A stretch of 64,000 nt of DNA. It comes from Balanoglossus misakiensis. Taxonomy: Eukaryota; Animalia; Hemichordata. The position numbers were made by a program, and so were the translations under genes. Where the stretch lies: the NCBI GenBank assembly GCA_040954595.2, contig CM082579.2, forward strand, positions 4,956,879 through 5,020,878. Direction: 5' to 3'. Positions 46,610 through 59,400 of the stretch are shown here, piece after piece (positions within the stretch are counted from its first letter, which is position 1; each line of letters starts with the position of its first letter). Below the pieces are notes generated by a model. The model ran no database searches. It worked only from the letters and a program-made list of their open reading frames with translations, and was not told where the DNA came from.

Positions 46610-49600
46610 ATATCAAAACGCAATACTGTCTTTAGTTATTCTGTTTTGGAATACAGTTAGAGAAAGTGTCCGGTGGGTAAATTAATACCCAGGGGTGGCT
46701 GTCATAGAACCAAGAACCCCGGAATGAACGTATGCAGCTGGCTGCGTAAACGCCACCTGCTCGAAATCAGTAAAATATCACAAAGCTTCTATTCGATGGG
46801 ACACGATATCATAGGAAATTGCATTTGGAGTTGCGTCACATTTTTCTGTTGTTATTTCCTCTACTTCAAACATTGAATGGATGAAACAGGAAAGTGATTT
46901 CGGTCTATGAGTGGTAAACGGGAAATTCAGTGTTGGCCTACTAAAGCTTACTATCACCAAGGGAAGTGCGTGTCATGTAAACTTGTACACGTAATATATA
47001 TGAGAAAATATCCAGGCGATTAAATCTTCTTCTTGTTGTGTCTGGTGAAATGAAGCAATGGAGAACTTCAAGTTGTCGAAATCGAGCATGGAGACATCAG
47101 TGGTCTGCCTTGGGATGTGGGCCCTCAGCGGCAAAATTGCCTCAACCTTCGTTTGCATGGGTAAGAAACACGATGATCTTTTGCATGATTAATTTTAAGA
47201 CAACTGACCCTGATCAAGAAGCTGAAGATTTGCTGAGCTGTGACGACTGACGATTTCGGCAAGAAACAAAACAATCGGTAAACGAAAACCAATGTCAAGT
47301 TAACACTTTCTTCCTTTAAAATTCAAACTTTCAAAGAATGAAAGTGTATATAAATATATACAATGTACTGACATTTGGATGAACATTCAGTTTTAAAACA
47401 ATTTCATGTAGCCCTTATTCATCTGCCAATGTCATAATTTTGGCAAGATCTTGCAATGGATGGACTGCTCCACAGACACCACAGGGATGTTAGGGTTCAG
47501 GAGTGGGGTGAGTTCAGTAGGCATAACAGTAACAGACACACAGGAAACTTTTTTTTCTGTAATTTTATGCAAAATATAAATGTTACATTTTAATTTAGGG
47601 AAAGGGTTTTGTTTTTGAGACATTTCCTTTTTTCATTTTGTGTACTCACAATAATGATGGCAAAATAATAATAACAATAATAATAACAAATTACATGGCA
47701 TTTACATAATGTATTATGAAACCAAGACTAAAGAACCATTTTTTCATCCACAACATACGCAGAACCTGAGGTACAATACAATACAGAATGACACGAAATA
47801 AAAAGAGATCAAAGTAAAATACAATGTATCTGCAAACAAATAATAAACCTGTGTTATATTTTACTATTGTTGTAAAAGACTTGTTTTCTGAGGTACTGGT
47901 GTACAATATTATTTCGGCGAGCACCTGGCGAGAGTCCCTCTGACCTGACCTGATCTCCCTCGAATTGCAGTAGGTTGGCCCAATCTCAGCATAGCCCTCA
48001 CTTGTTCAGGGATGTCTGACGCCACCTGTGGCAGAGTTCATTTGTGATGTGGGTAAAATCTGGGCATTCTGAAATCAAGCCCCTCCAACCTAAACTGACG
48101 GTTTGTGCATAGATTCGCGCAGGCCATAGTCCGAAAGTGAAAATAACCAAATTCGTAAAGTAGCAGTCAGAAATACCACGCTAAACAAAGGGGAACAGGT
48201 CACGCCTACTCAGATTATAAATCATTCCCTCATCTCCCAGGCACTTGCCAAGCAAGTGAAAAAAAAATATTTTTCAGAAATCTGTTTCAGAGTTCATTAA
48301 CGTATACAGTGTTACTGAGATTTTCTCCAAAGTTAAATAATTCTGGCGTTTTCGCAAAACTTTGAAAGATTCACATTCAGGGTTCATCGCAGACCTTCAG
48401 TGTCGGTTGCACTTCTTGATTACACATGTACAATGAAAACCGGACAATTAAATAAATGAATAACAGACAGAACAAAATTTCATGTTTTCCTCGTATGACA
48501 GCGGTCGAGAATCATTCCTTCAGGCAGTTCTTCATTGCATAACACGAGACGTTGATGGTTGGATTTGGCCGGGCGACGTCACTAACTTCGATCTGTACTT
48601 TTCGATGACAGAGTCCAAAAGTACATTTTGTTGTCGTGGAAGGGTGACGTCAATATGGTCTGGCAATTTTGCTCACACCACTGCCCGGTTGCGTGTTTTA
48701 GGTACGATCGCGCTTGCCCCCACACACAAGATGGCAGAGCAAACATGATTGGATCTGGCTGAAGCCAGAGGCTGATGGAATTTCGACACACACAAATGGA
48801 TGTCAACAAAAAAGTAACAGAGATCACACACTATAATTACAGAGAAAAATAATAATAAATACTGACAAATGAAAACTGGTGAAATGGAATTTTTACAACA
48901 GTGGGTCATATATTTGGTGTAACAAAAAAATTCTGAATAATTAATCAAGCAAGTTTTTAATGACAAGTGGAGGCCCCTATAATATTCAAGGTCACAACAG
49001 AATGAGATGGATCTCCAAATGTCGTTTCTCTGGTTTTTCCCCCGTGAAGACTAATGATGATAATAATATTAATAATCACATGATAATTATCATAGCCACA
49101 GGTCAAAGGTCACCACTAATTTAGTTTATGGGTCACCTCAAGATCAAAGGTTATTGGCAAAGTACAGTCCAGGTGAGCGCGAGACATGATTTCACGAAAG
49201 TGGTGCAGTGTGACATCCTAGGAAACCTGACTATGCAAACCCCCTCCCCATTGGCCTTCCCCGATCGAGCTGACCACTCATGTTGTTGCTTTCAATCGGT
49301 GGTGTCGTTGCTTGCAACAGACGAGGGAATTTCAGCAAGATTCTGTGTGTACAGTTCCATATATATCCTCTCAGACACTAACAGTTATAAAGAGCTGCAT
49401 TGGGAATTTTGTCAGTTAATAACAACTATGATTGACAATATTTTTTTTTCTGATTTAAATAAAAATCAAACAAACCATGAACCCCTAAGCTTGTATTATA
49501 TGCCACTGTGAAGTGGACTCAGTGTAAAAATTCATTGTTTTCTGAAACCAGTCCCAATGTAATTACAGTGATAAAAATTTAAAAAAAAAGAAATTAAAAA

Positions 49601-50477
49601 ATACAAAGTAATACCATCTTGCTACTAATACCAATATTCTTATATAACAGATGGTTGCTTAAATATTTTTTTCAAGATGCAGCCTTTCCAACCCTTAAAA
49701 CGAATTCATATCACATTGAAAAATTGTATTAAATCTTTCAGGATGCAAAAAAATCTATCAAAATAAAATGCTAGGCACCAATTCATTGTTAAAAAGGGAT
49801 GATGAGTTGGGGACCCAAATCCTCCCCGATATCGATATCGTACATTAAAAAGTTGCCCCTGCAACAGAGACTGTGAAACCCCAAATGTTACGGTTCTGAA
49901 TTTTTGGTTTCCCCCATTTATAGGTCATAATGATGTCTGAGTCTCTGGCATGGTGAAGACTCAGTTGTCTGTGTAATATTTCTTCCACAAAATATGTACA
50001 AATACCTCAAAAAATGTTTAGTGTAGAGCTGTCAGCTGCTCTCTGTATTATTACAACAGTGTACCAGAAATGTTTATCGGTTCACTCATTCTTTCCTCTC
50101 TTGCTCACTCTCGCTCAGCTCTCTCTCTCTCTCTCTCCATCGTTGCAAGTCCCACTCACACTAGTAGAAAGGTTATTGTCACAAACACAATCATGCTGGA
50201 CATCTGATATGCTGGCTATAAAGCCCTCTCCGAGTTCTGTTCACGAAAAAAAAGCGACAGTTCACAACAACTGTAAAATAATAATAATATAACTCAATTT
50301 AAATACAAAAGTCCTTCTGCATTTGTATTTTTGAAGTCATACAAAAAGTCTCTTCTTTCTCTCTCACTACTGGCCGTTCAACGAATCAATCTTGAGACGG
50401 AGGTCCTTCCCCGGACCGTTTCTCTCTCTTCAGTAGCACTTCCAAAGTTCACAAGGTCAAGGGTTGGAGGTCAAAGT

Positions 50478-53400
50478 TCAACAGTCATCCTTTGGCAGTG
50501 ATGGGACATTGACATTCACCGTAGTAAAAAAAGCCATTTTTTCCCTGAAAGGAATCAGAAATTTGTAAAATGTTAGTGAATGCCCTTGGTTATAACAGAA
50601 AATGAAAAATGACCAAAAATTCTTGGAATGTGTATGACAATCTAAAACATTTTATGCTTACTTAAATGACATAATTTCTGGTTTCTGGTTTTGACTCTGC
50701 CTGAGTTTGTACACTTCCTTGGATGCCTTCCTCATGGACCGCTCGTTTCTGTCCTGCAGTGGTTCCCTGCTACGGGCTGCTTCGGCCTCCGCGCTCTCCA
50801 ACAGTCTGCGCAGAATATCATTGTCATTCAGCCATGGTGGCTTCTCCCCTGAAAAACAAACAAACTGGTTTAACAAAGGAAATGCTTGCGGACAAACATA
50901 GCAATAATCAATCTGCCTTTATGGTGATTGATTGTTTGACGATTTCAAATTTTTGTTTTCAAGAGCTAGCAACTGACTAACTGTCTGCTTGTTATCATCA
51001 CACTTGTACAATTAACACACACCCCCACTAATAGCTATTAGGATATTATCAAGAACTCACCTGATGAGAAAGCCTCTTCCATTCCCTGCCTAATTTCTTT
51101 GAGGCGTGCGATTTCCTCTTTTAAGTAAGACTGTTTGGTGCGTGATGCTTGGAGATCCAGCTCCAAATCTAGTGAAGTTTTCTGTGGAGTTGTGTTCTCA
51201 ACGTGCAATTGCGGGATCTTCAAGGACTATGAGAAGAAACAATTTCTTGTCAATTTTTTTTCAATCATCAAGCATCAAGGCACGCAGGGCTTGAAAACTG
51301 CATGATTGTGTACTGAAATTTACATGATCATATCGAATGACAATTCAGGAGATTAAGAGGCCAATTACCTTCTTCCATCGCAGACTCTTCCGTTCCACAG
51401 AATTTCTGACAAACGGTCCTCTTCTGTACAGTGGCATGGAGCTATCACTATCACTACGGTTAAGCTGCAAAGAGTAAAATAGCAAAGGGTTAGCCACAGA
51501 TTGCAACATTCTGGCCACCAACAGGTCTCAGGGGATCGAGAGGCATCATGTCTGCTAAAAGGGCTGCATATGGGATCTACAACTGAGGAACTACAATGTT
51601 GACAACTGTGTTTGGGAGTCAAAGAACTTGGAAATGACGTGGCACTCACCCTACAAGCATATTGTTGTTTCTGAGGTCCCGGCGAAAAGGTCGCTGACCT
51701 CACAATGTTACTACCGCGCAAGTTCCCCCTGCCGTGGTCTTTGTGCCTGGCAAGTTTACCGCCCCGCATGTAATCCCCACCCTTGAGTTCATCCGTGTTT
51801 GTCTCCTTGTCGCACAGCCAGATATTTGAGAGTTCGTGCTCGTTAAGGTGGTTGTGGTGAAAGTACGTTTGTTCGTAAACGTTCAATAAGGCACTGTATC
51901 CTGTGGGAGAGGAACTTCCCTCCCCCAACACAAACTGCGGCCGGATCTGTTGCTGCAACTGGTACAGCTGCTGCTGGTGTTGTTGCTGCATGTGTTCTGA
52001 GTAAAGTTGCTGCTGCTGCAGCTGTTCCGTGTACAGTTGCTGTTGCTGCAAATGTTCAGAGTATAGTTGCTGCTGCAGCTGTCCTGGGTACAAGTGCTGT
52101 TGCTGCTGCTGCTGCTGCGGTACTTGTTCAGGATAAAGGTGCTGCAACTGTCCGGTATACGGTTGCTGCTGTTGTTGTTGCTGCTGCAGGTGTTCCAGGT
52201 GGATGGCATGCTGCAGTGTCTGTTGCTGCTGCTGCGGACTGTGCTGCAACTGGTCCGGATAAAGCTGCTGTTGCTGAATCTGTCCTGCGTATCGCTGTTG
52301 CTGTTCTATTACGTAGAGTTGCTGCTGCTGTTGTTGTTGCTGTTGCTGCTGCTGTTGCAGTTGCTGTTGATGCTGCAGATTCAGGTACAATTGGTGTTGC
52401 TGCTGCTCCGTCAGATGGGGAGGCACTGCAATTTGCTGGTAGAGCGGCACATACTGGTGTTGCTGTTGTCTGAAGTAAGCAGTGTCAAATGAAGATGATC
52501 GAAACCTGGAAGAGAGAGAGATAGAGAGAGTCCAGTGTAAAGACGTGCTGTAGTTTGGTGGATGAAAGTATCTTACACGATTTTTTCAGATCTCCATTAC
52601 CAGTATGAGTTACCACATCAGAAAACTATGGATGTGATTTTAAAATATCTTACATCTGGGAAAAATAGTATCCTGAGACAAAAAGCCGCGCAAGAGACTG
52701 TGCACAAACCTGGAATCTTCATTGTCTTGCGTATCTGTCTGTATCTGTTCGTCTGTTCCCCTTTCTCCTGTTGATGCTCTCCGTAACCTTGATGATGAGG
52801 CTTCTAGGAGCTCTGCTACTCTGTCATTGTTCTGCAAGTTGTGGGAGGAAATCACAAAGGTCAGTTTTATTTTGCACCACAGCACTGAGGATGCCTGAGT
52901 GGATAGTTTTCTATGCACCTTACAGGAGTGCTTTATGGACTACTGATTTGCTCGAATTAAAATACTTTGCTGGAGATGTTGTCTGAAGACAGCGGACAAA
53001 ACCCCATATAATCTTACAAGTGGAATCACTTTCCCTTCGAAGATGCAATTTTTAAGAAGCAGGCTCTCTGACTAACCCCATCAGACCATAAAACAGAAAT
53101 ATGTTAGCATGCACTTACTGATGTGGTATTGCTTGAGATGCTGTTGGGCGAGTCGGACAGCGATGTGTGGCCACTGTACTTCCTGCTTTCTGTCTGGATG
53201 TACTTGTAGTTGAGGATGTTGTACCACCTGGTTCTCGTTGGCAACACAGCGTTAAAATCAGCCAGGCTCACTTGCACGCCACCCTAAAATGCAGATATTT
53301 TTCTCCAGGTTATTCATGTGCTCTTCGAAATACAGTTGAAAAAATTCTGATTAGATATGCAATATTACCATCAGCAGGACACTGACATGGAAGCTTAAGA

Positions 53401-56400
53401 GTGAGGAAATGTCTGAGTAAACACTGATAACATAAATCAGACACAGAAGACAAATGTTTTTCCTTACCAGGCAGTCTTCTTCCCTCAGATCGTTGACCGA
53501 CCACACGTTGACTTGTATAGTTTTGCTGTTGAGTTGGTTTTCTGGTAAGGGCACTTTGAAGGTTTCGTTGAAGATGGCCGCGTGGTTGTCTTCACAAGGT
53601 TTGGTAGAAAACGCTGAATTGGTGCTGGCAGGATATAATGCTGTTTTTATGTACCTGCAATGGGGTGGTGAAAAATGAAAGTTAATGCAACTGGATGGAT
53701 AGAGGGCTCACTGCGTCGTATACCACACATACCAGAGTGTACGAGTCATGACCGCTCCTGAAGTTGTCTGGCAGTGCCAATAGTCTGTGTGACATGTATA
53801 ATGGTGATAATTAAGGGCAAGAGTTTGGAGGTGTTTCACATCACATAAAAGAATTATTTGACCTAAAATAATATAGATCTTTCTATGAGAAAGTACTAGC
53901 ATAGCCACATGACATCAGAGACTAGCTGACAATCTCAGAATAGAAAACGAGATTCTCAGACTGGCTGAAATGGCTCTTGTTCTGGAAAGTGGCCAAGCCC
54001 CCTGCTAATCTATCCACAACAATCCCTTCACCTCTATTCACCGTAACATGGACCAGTCCAAATAGTTGAAATCAATGGGAAGGATGTGTGTTGCAAGGCA
54101 GGAAGGATCTCTGGATCCAGAGAAATTACTCACACTTTAGCCTTGTCAGGAATTGGAAGAATGTTCAGATTCCTGGCCTGTTCCACGCTGATATGTAGGA
54201 GGCCATCTGAACTGTCGTACTTCAAGCCAATCTGAATCTGAGCCACTTCCATTCGTTGCATATCAGGGTCACAGAAAAATACGTCATCCCCAACTTCCCC
54301 AGGTCTGCAATGAAAGAAAAAAAAGAGATGCCATTCCAAACGATTATTTCACTGATCTTATAAAATTAATAACCTGCATAAATAGATTCAATTTCCTGCC
54401 ACACATATATACTCTAGGGTGTTAGTGGACATGCTTGATTCAATGTGTTTTAGCGCCCTCTACATTCTGACTGGAAACTCTATCCTTTCACAGAGAGTAT
54501 TTTGACAGACATTCTTCAGCAATCTGCAGACGAGTAAATCAAACAAATTCTTTCTTGACATGACATTGCTAAAAAGTCTCTCACCTAGTCTAAAGATAGC
54601 AGAAATATCATTCAGTAGCATCAGAGTCGAAAAAATTAATGAATATTAAAGACACACACATCAGAATTTTCACAAATATGGACAGTACAGACTCAGAGAA
54701 GGATCACTACAGTATGGGTCCTCACCTCTTGATTGCAGCCTCATACACTCCACTGTCGCCAGCGACAGATTCGTCGGATATGGCCGCTGATACACTACGT
54801 GTATTACCATTTGATTGGTTCCCCACTGAAACCACACCTGGAATTGGAAAAGGAAATATGTTCGGTGTCCACTACTGTGGGATGAGTCCCCCTTTACGGA
54901 CAAACATGGCTGCCAAAATACACCTGTGCCATGATACACATCATGATTCACACTGTATTTCAACACCAACCATATTTCTTCTACCACGTCATACATCAGC
55001 ATTCCTGTGACATCCCACAAGACCAACAAAAGCCTTTCTTTGTGTTTTAACTTGGCACCTGCTCAACTTTGTCATTTTCCCATGAAACATTCTCAACACT
55101 CTGTCGAACCATCTGAGCCACAGCATCAAAGAACGGGCCTGACTATTCTCTGCCATATTTCCAGAATTCCAAAAATCATATCAATTTGATTGATGGATTT
55201 CCTATCACATAACTTTCATTCATATTCCACGCATTAAAATTTGACTTATCAGTCGAATTCCAAAATATGACGCAGGCTTCTGCTTTTATGATAAAAATAC
55301 GTGACATACCTTCTGAGATTGGACTAAGTGGTTGGTTGGCATAATCCAGATTATAGTCCACGGTGGTGGTGGACTTGGACTCCAAGTTCAACCTTGCGAG
55401 TCCCTGCTGCACAGCTCGGCTGTTTGCGTCAAAATTTTGGGAGAAAGTCTGCTGTTGATATGAAGGCACAAGATGAGACGTTGACGCCGTTGCCAAGGCC
55501 ACGGAGGACGACACCTGCGTGGCGTCGCTCGAGTCCAGTTGCGTCACGCTGCCCTCAAGCTGGGCTTTCTGCTTCTCTAAGTTCATGAAGTGCTCTTGGT
55601 AGCTGGGCGGCGGCGGAATGGCCTCTCCGGCGTTGACGCCCGGCGATGCCGGCGGCGACAGCGACGACAGGGAAGACCTCGGCGAGAGCGACGTGAGAGA
55701 CTTGGGCGTACCATTGGTGCTCAGCTTATTGCTCGACGGGCAGAGAGACGTGTTGGAGCTCTCCGACGTCTCCGCTCCGGAGGTCTCGTGGATCGGGGAA
55801 ATGCTCGTGGTCCGGATTGAGAGGGAGGAAATTCCGGTGCTGCCGTGGAGGAGGGCATCGACCTGGTGGAAGAGATCATGACATTTCAGTTTGCATGCTA
55901 CAATGACCCATCATTCACTCTGATAGATGTCTCTCTACTATACACACACAGAAACTCTGGCCTGGACTAGTGACCTGAAAACAATGCTTTTCAAACAATT
56001 GATCAACCAGACATCTTGACATGTGACATAGCGCTGACTTAAATTCAGTGTACAGCTGCAACAAGATAACAATGCCTTGATTGTCAGAGGCTTGCAAGAA
56101 CCCCCCCCCCCCCCCCTCCAATCCTTCCCAACTCACGTGTTGCACAGACCGGCAACCAAGGCCAAGGCAACTGCATAAATGACCCACCTTTTCCTTCAGG
56201 TCGCGTATCTCCATATCTGTTGTGGTCTGCGTAGGTAGGCTGTAGATGTCAGTGAAACTGACATTGAGTGACCCCTTGCTGGACGCCAGCGAACCCCGGC
56301 TGGACGCCGCACTCAGAGAGCCCCGGCTTGAACTGGACGAAATAGACAATGTACTGGCAGACAAACTGAAACAGAAGCGACACATGAAAGCGTGATTATT

Positions 56401-59400
56401 GTCTTCATAGCCAGCAATCTGGGCAGAGATAATCCTTGATATAAAAGTATCTATGACTGTTGTTGGCAGTGGCATAGAATTCAAAACATCTTACCTCTTC
56501 AGCTGGTTTTCCAAGTATGTAATCAACTGCGTTGTTTCTCGTAACTGCTGCATGCACTCTTTCTTCTTCTCTTCAATTTTCAACCTGAGAAGGAAGGGTT
56601 CAGATACGAGTCAGTGCCACACTTGGAGAAACGTGCATCCTTATTGTTTGAGGCAACACCCATTGCCAATCACTGACAAATCAGAAGCTACGATCAGACT
56701 GACAACCAATCGGCTTTCATGACACGACACGGCAAAGTCTAAAGCCCCGCAAACACACGTACCTGTCTCCAATCAGCTTGTGTGACATATTCTTAGCCTC
56801 GCTGATTTCTCTCACAAGTCTGTTTTTCTCCGCCTCCAAAGTTTTCAAATCACCTTCCGTCCTTTTCCTGGGGTTGACCTTTCGCAGCTCCTTGAGAAGC
56901 TGCTCTTTTTCTTGAATCAGTAGAATCCTGTCCTTGTCTGCTTCGTGTTGCCCCGGCAACTCTTTGTTCTCAATTTCAGCCAATTGGATTTGTAGGAGGC
57001 ATCGCCTGTCACAGAAAAGAACGTATTCCTTCAGTTTTTGTAGGTAGCAAGAGCAACAAAATGCCAAAGCTATCTCTATGTATCTGCAAATTGCTAGACA
57101 TTACATCTTGATATTCCTGACGAAAATCTTCAATCTGCCTGTCACTGAGTTTTCTCCACCTGTCTCACACCGAGATCACTTACCGACGCCTCGCTTCCTC
57201 GTACTGCAGTTTCAGTTTCGCCCTTTCCGCTAGCCGAGCCCCGGACGACGGGAAGTCGCCCGTCAGATCTGTCTGCGATGATGTGGTCTTCTTCTCTTTG
57301 GCGATTGACGCCAGAGATGTCGTGGATATCGAGATGTCTGGCGCAGAGATGCTGCCATTGCTGAGCTTATTCTTAAGCCGTCCAATTGCCTGCGGTGAAA
57401 GAGAGTGTAATGAGTCACAAGAATGAGCACATGACTGCCATAAAAATTCATTTCACAATCAATCATATGCGCACATTTTGTAGTTCTATAAAATGAGTTA
57501 TCACTGCAACTATGTGGCTCAGTCCACATGTAAGCATAGACAGTAGAAAATTTCTATGACATTTATAAAGCGTGGCAAGTGACTTACCATCATCAGATCA
57601 GTCTTCTCCTTTTCGCCTGTGGAGATATTCTTCTGTATGGAGTGGATTTCAGAGAGGATGGCCTGTGCATCGGAGAGTTTGTAGCCAGACAGACTGCTGG
57701 ACATCTTCTCATCAACACTGAAACAAAAGCAAGAGAGAGGGAATGGCCTCAATTAGCCTGCTTCATGTTGCAAATGTCTTTGAGACTCAGATGGACTGTG
57801 TGTGGTGGCAAATCTAAACATCAAGACCTTTGTGAACGTATACTTTCATCACTTAATTGTGGGCCAAATGGATACCTGCTCTCCACCACTACACAAGGTT
57901 GGACTCGTACACTGGGAGGGGTGAAAGGGTAAAAACTAATCACCCTTTAGGGGAAAGAGACAGCAGAAAGACAAGGGGAAATGATTCGACAAAAACTCCC
58001 TCACACCGTCCAGATCCTTGTCATAACACAACATTTACAGCCACAGCCACAATGTTGAACCGTTTGACAGACAGCAACACTGACAGCTCAAACACAGATC
58101 TCGCGTCATCACCGTTAATCTTTTTTAGGAAAAATCTGCACTGGCTCCACTGACACTAATTAATACCTCAGAATGCACTGACCAAATAAACTCGGATTAT
58201 CCTGCTAAAAATTCCATTTCCTGAGCTCCCAAAACACTTATGACATTGTATCATTCGTTGCTCAAAATAGAGCATGGGTGAACAAGCTATGCAGAGAGTC
58301 AGTCAAAAAATGATCAAACTATGCAAGTATATAATAATATTACATGAATCAAATATTTTTTGGGGAAAAGGCACGCATAGGAAAACTACTGTGTGATGCC
58401 TATTACCCTGGCTGACTTCTGCTGCTGTAAGCTCTCACAACTCAAAGCCAGTATCTGGGGAGACTCCGTTTTGCCTTATCGGAAATTCTCATCAAATTCC
58501 TGAAATTAGCCCATCCTTTACAGAAGGAATTTCCCTGATAATATTTGCACTAGACGTCCTCTATGAGAAGGCTGTTGAACCTCTCGCCGGCATTCCGGAA
58601 TGCTACTTCGCAATTGCATAATTCTCCTGAAGTATCTTCGCTCCTGTCCTTAAGTCAACAACTGAGGACCAGCAGTGTTTTAATAGCAACCGTGTGGCCA
58701 GCTACTTCCAAAAAAGATCTGCCCCCACCCCCACCAAAAAAGATTTTCAGATAAAAAAAAGGTGTAGCAAAAATCAACCCAAAATGGCGTCTCTTTCACA
58801 TCAGAAATTCGGACCAAAACGTGTACAGACATTTACAGAAAAATAATGGATGTTGTCAAGACAACACACACCAACTGCACAGTATTTCACTTTAGGGGTA
58901 GGTGTGTGTACTGTCCTTGAGATATCTTCAGACGATCGTGCCATTTTTGACGGAAGAGTGAAGAAAAACAGGGAAAGTGTAAACTTGAATACTTCAACTG
59001 GGGAGAACACACAGCATCAAGGATTTTATCGGGAACATGACATTTTGGATTGCAGCCTTCAATTTGCACTGATGTTAAAGATTTTTGCAATTCTGTCACG
59101 GTTCAACCTTGCCGATTCAGGGTTTGAACTGAAGTAAAAAATTGTGATTGAGAACATTTCGATTCGGTACAATGTCGCGTTGAGCCCAGTGACCCCAGGT
59201 GAACAGTGGACACAGCAAACAAAAACTGGGGACCAATTATTGCCGAGACTGGTTGACTGCAACCGACGGCAAAAGTAAACAAGGGCACAAGAATTGAAGA
59301 AAAGGAACATTTTTCGCCTCATTCAAGCTCAAAAGTCAATGTTTTATGCCAAGACCACTCCAGCTAGCTGCCCGACCCATGAAAACAACAGCCTCGGACC

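Noticed and set aside
52067-52492. Poly-Leu and poly-Ala ORFs on the plus strand as membrane proteins
   Set aside because: Antisense readings of the KIBRA CAG/CAA tract.
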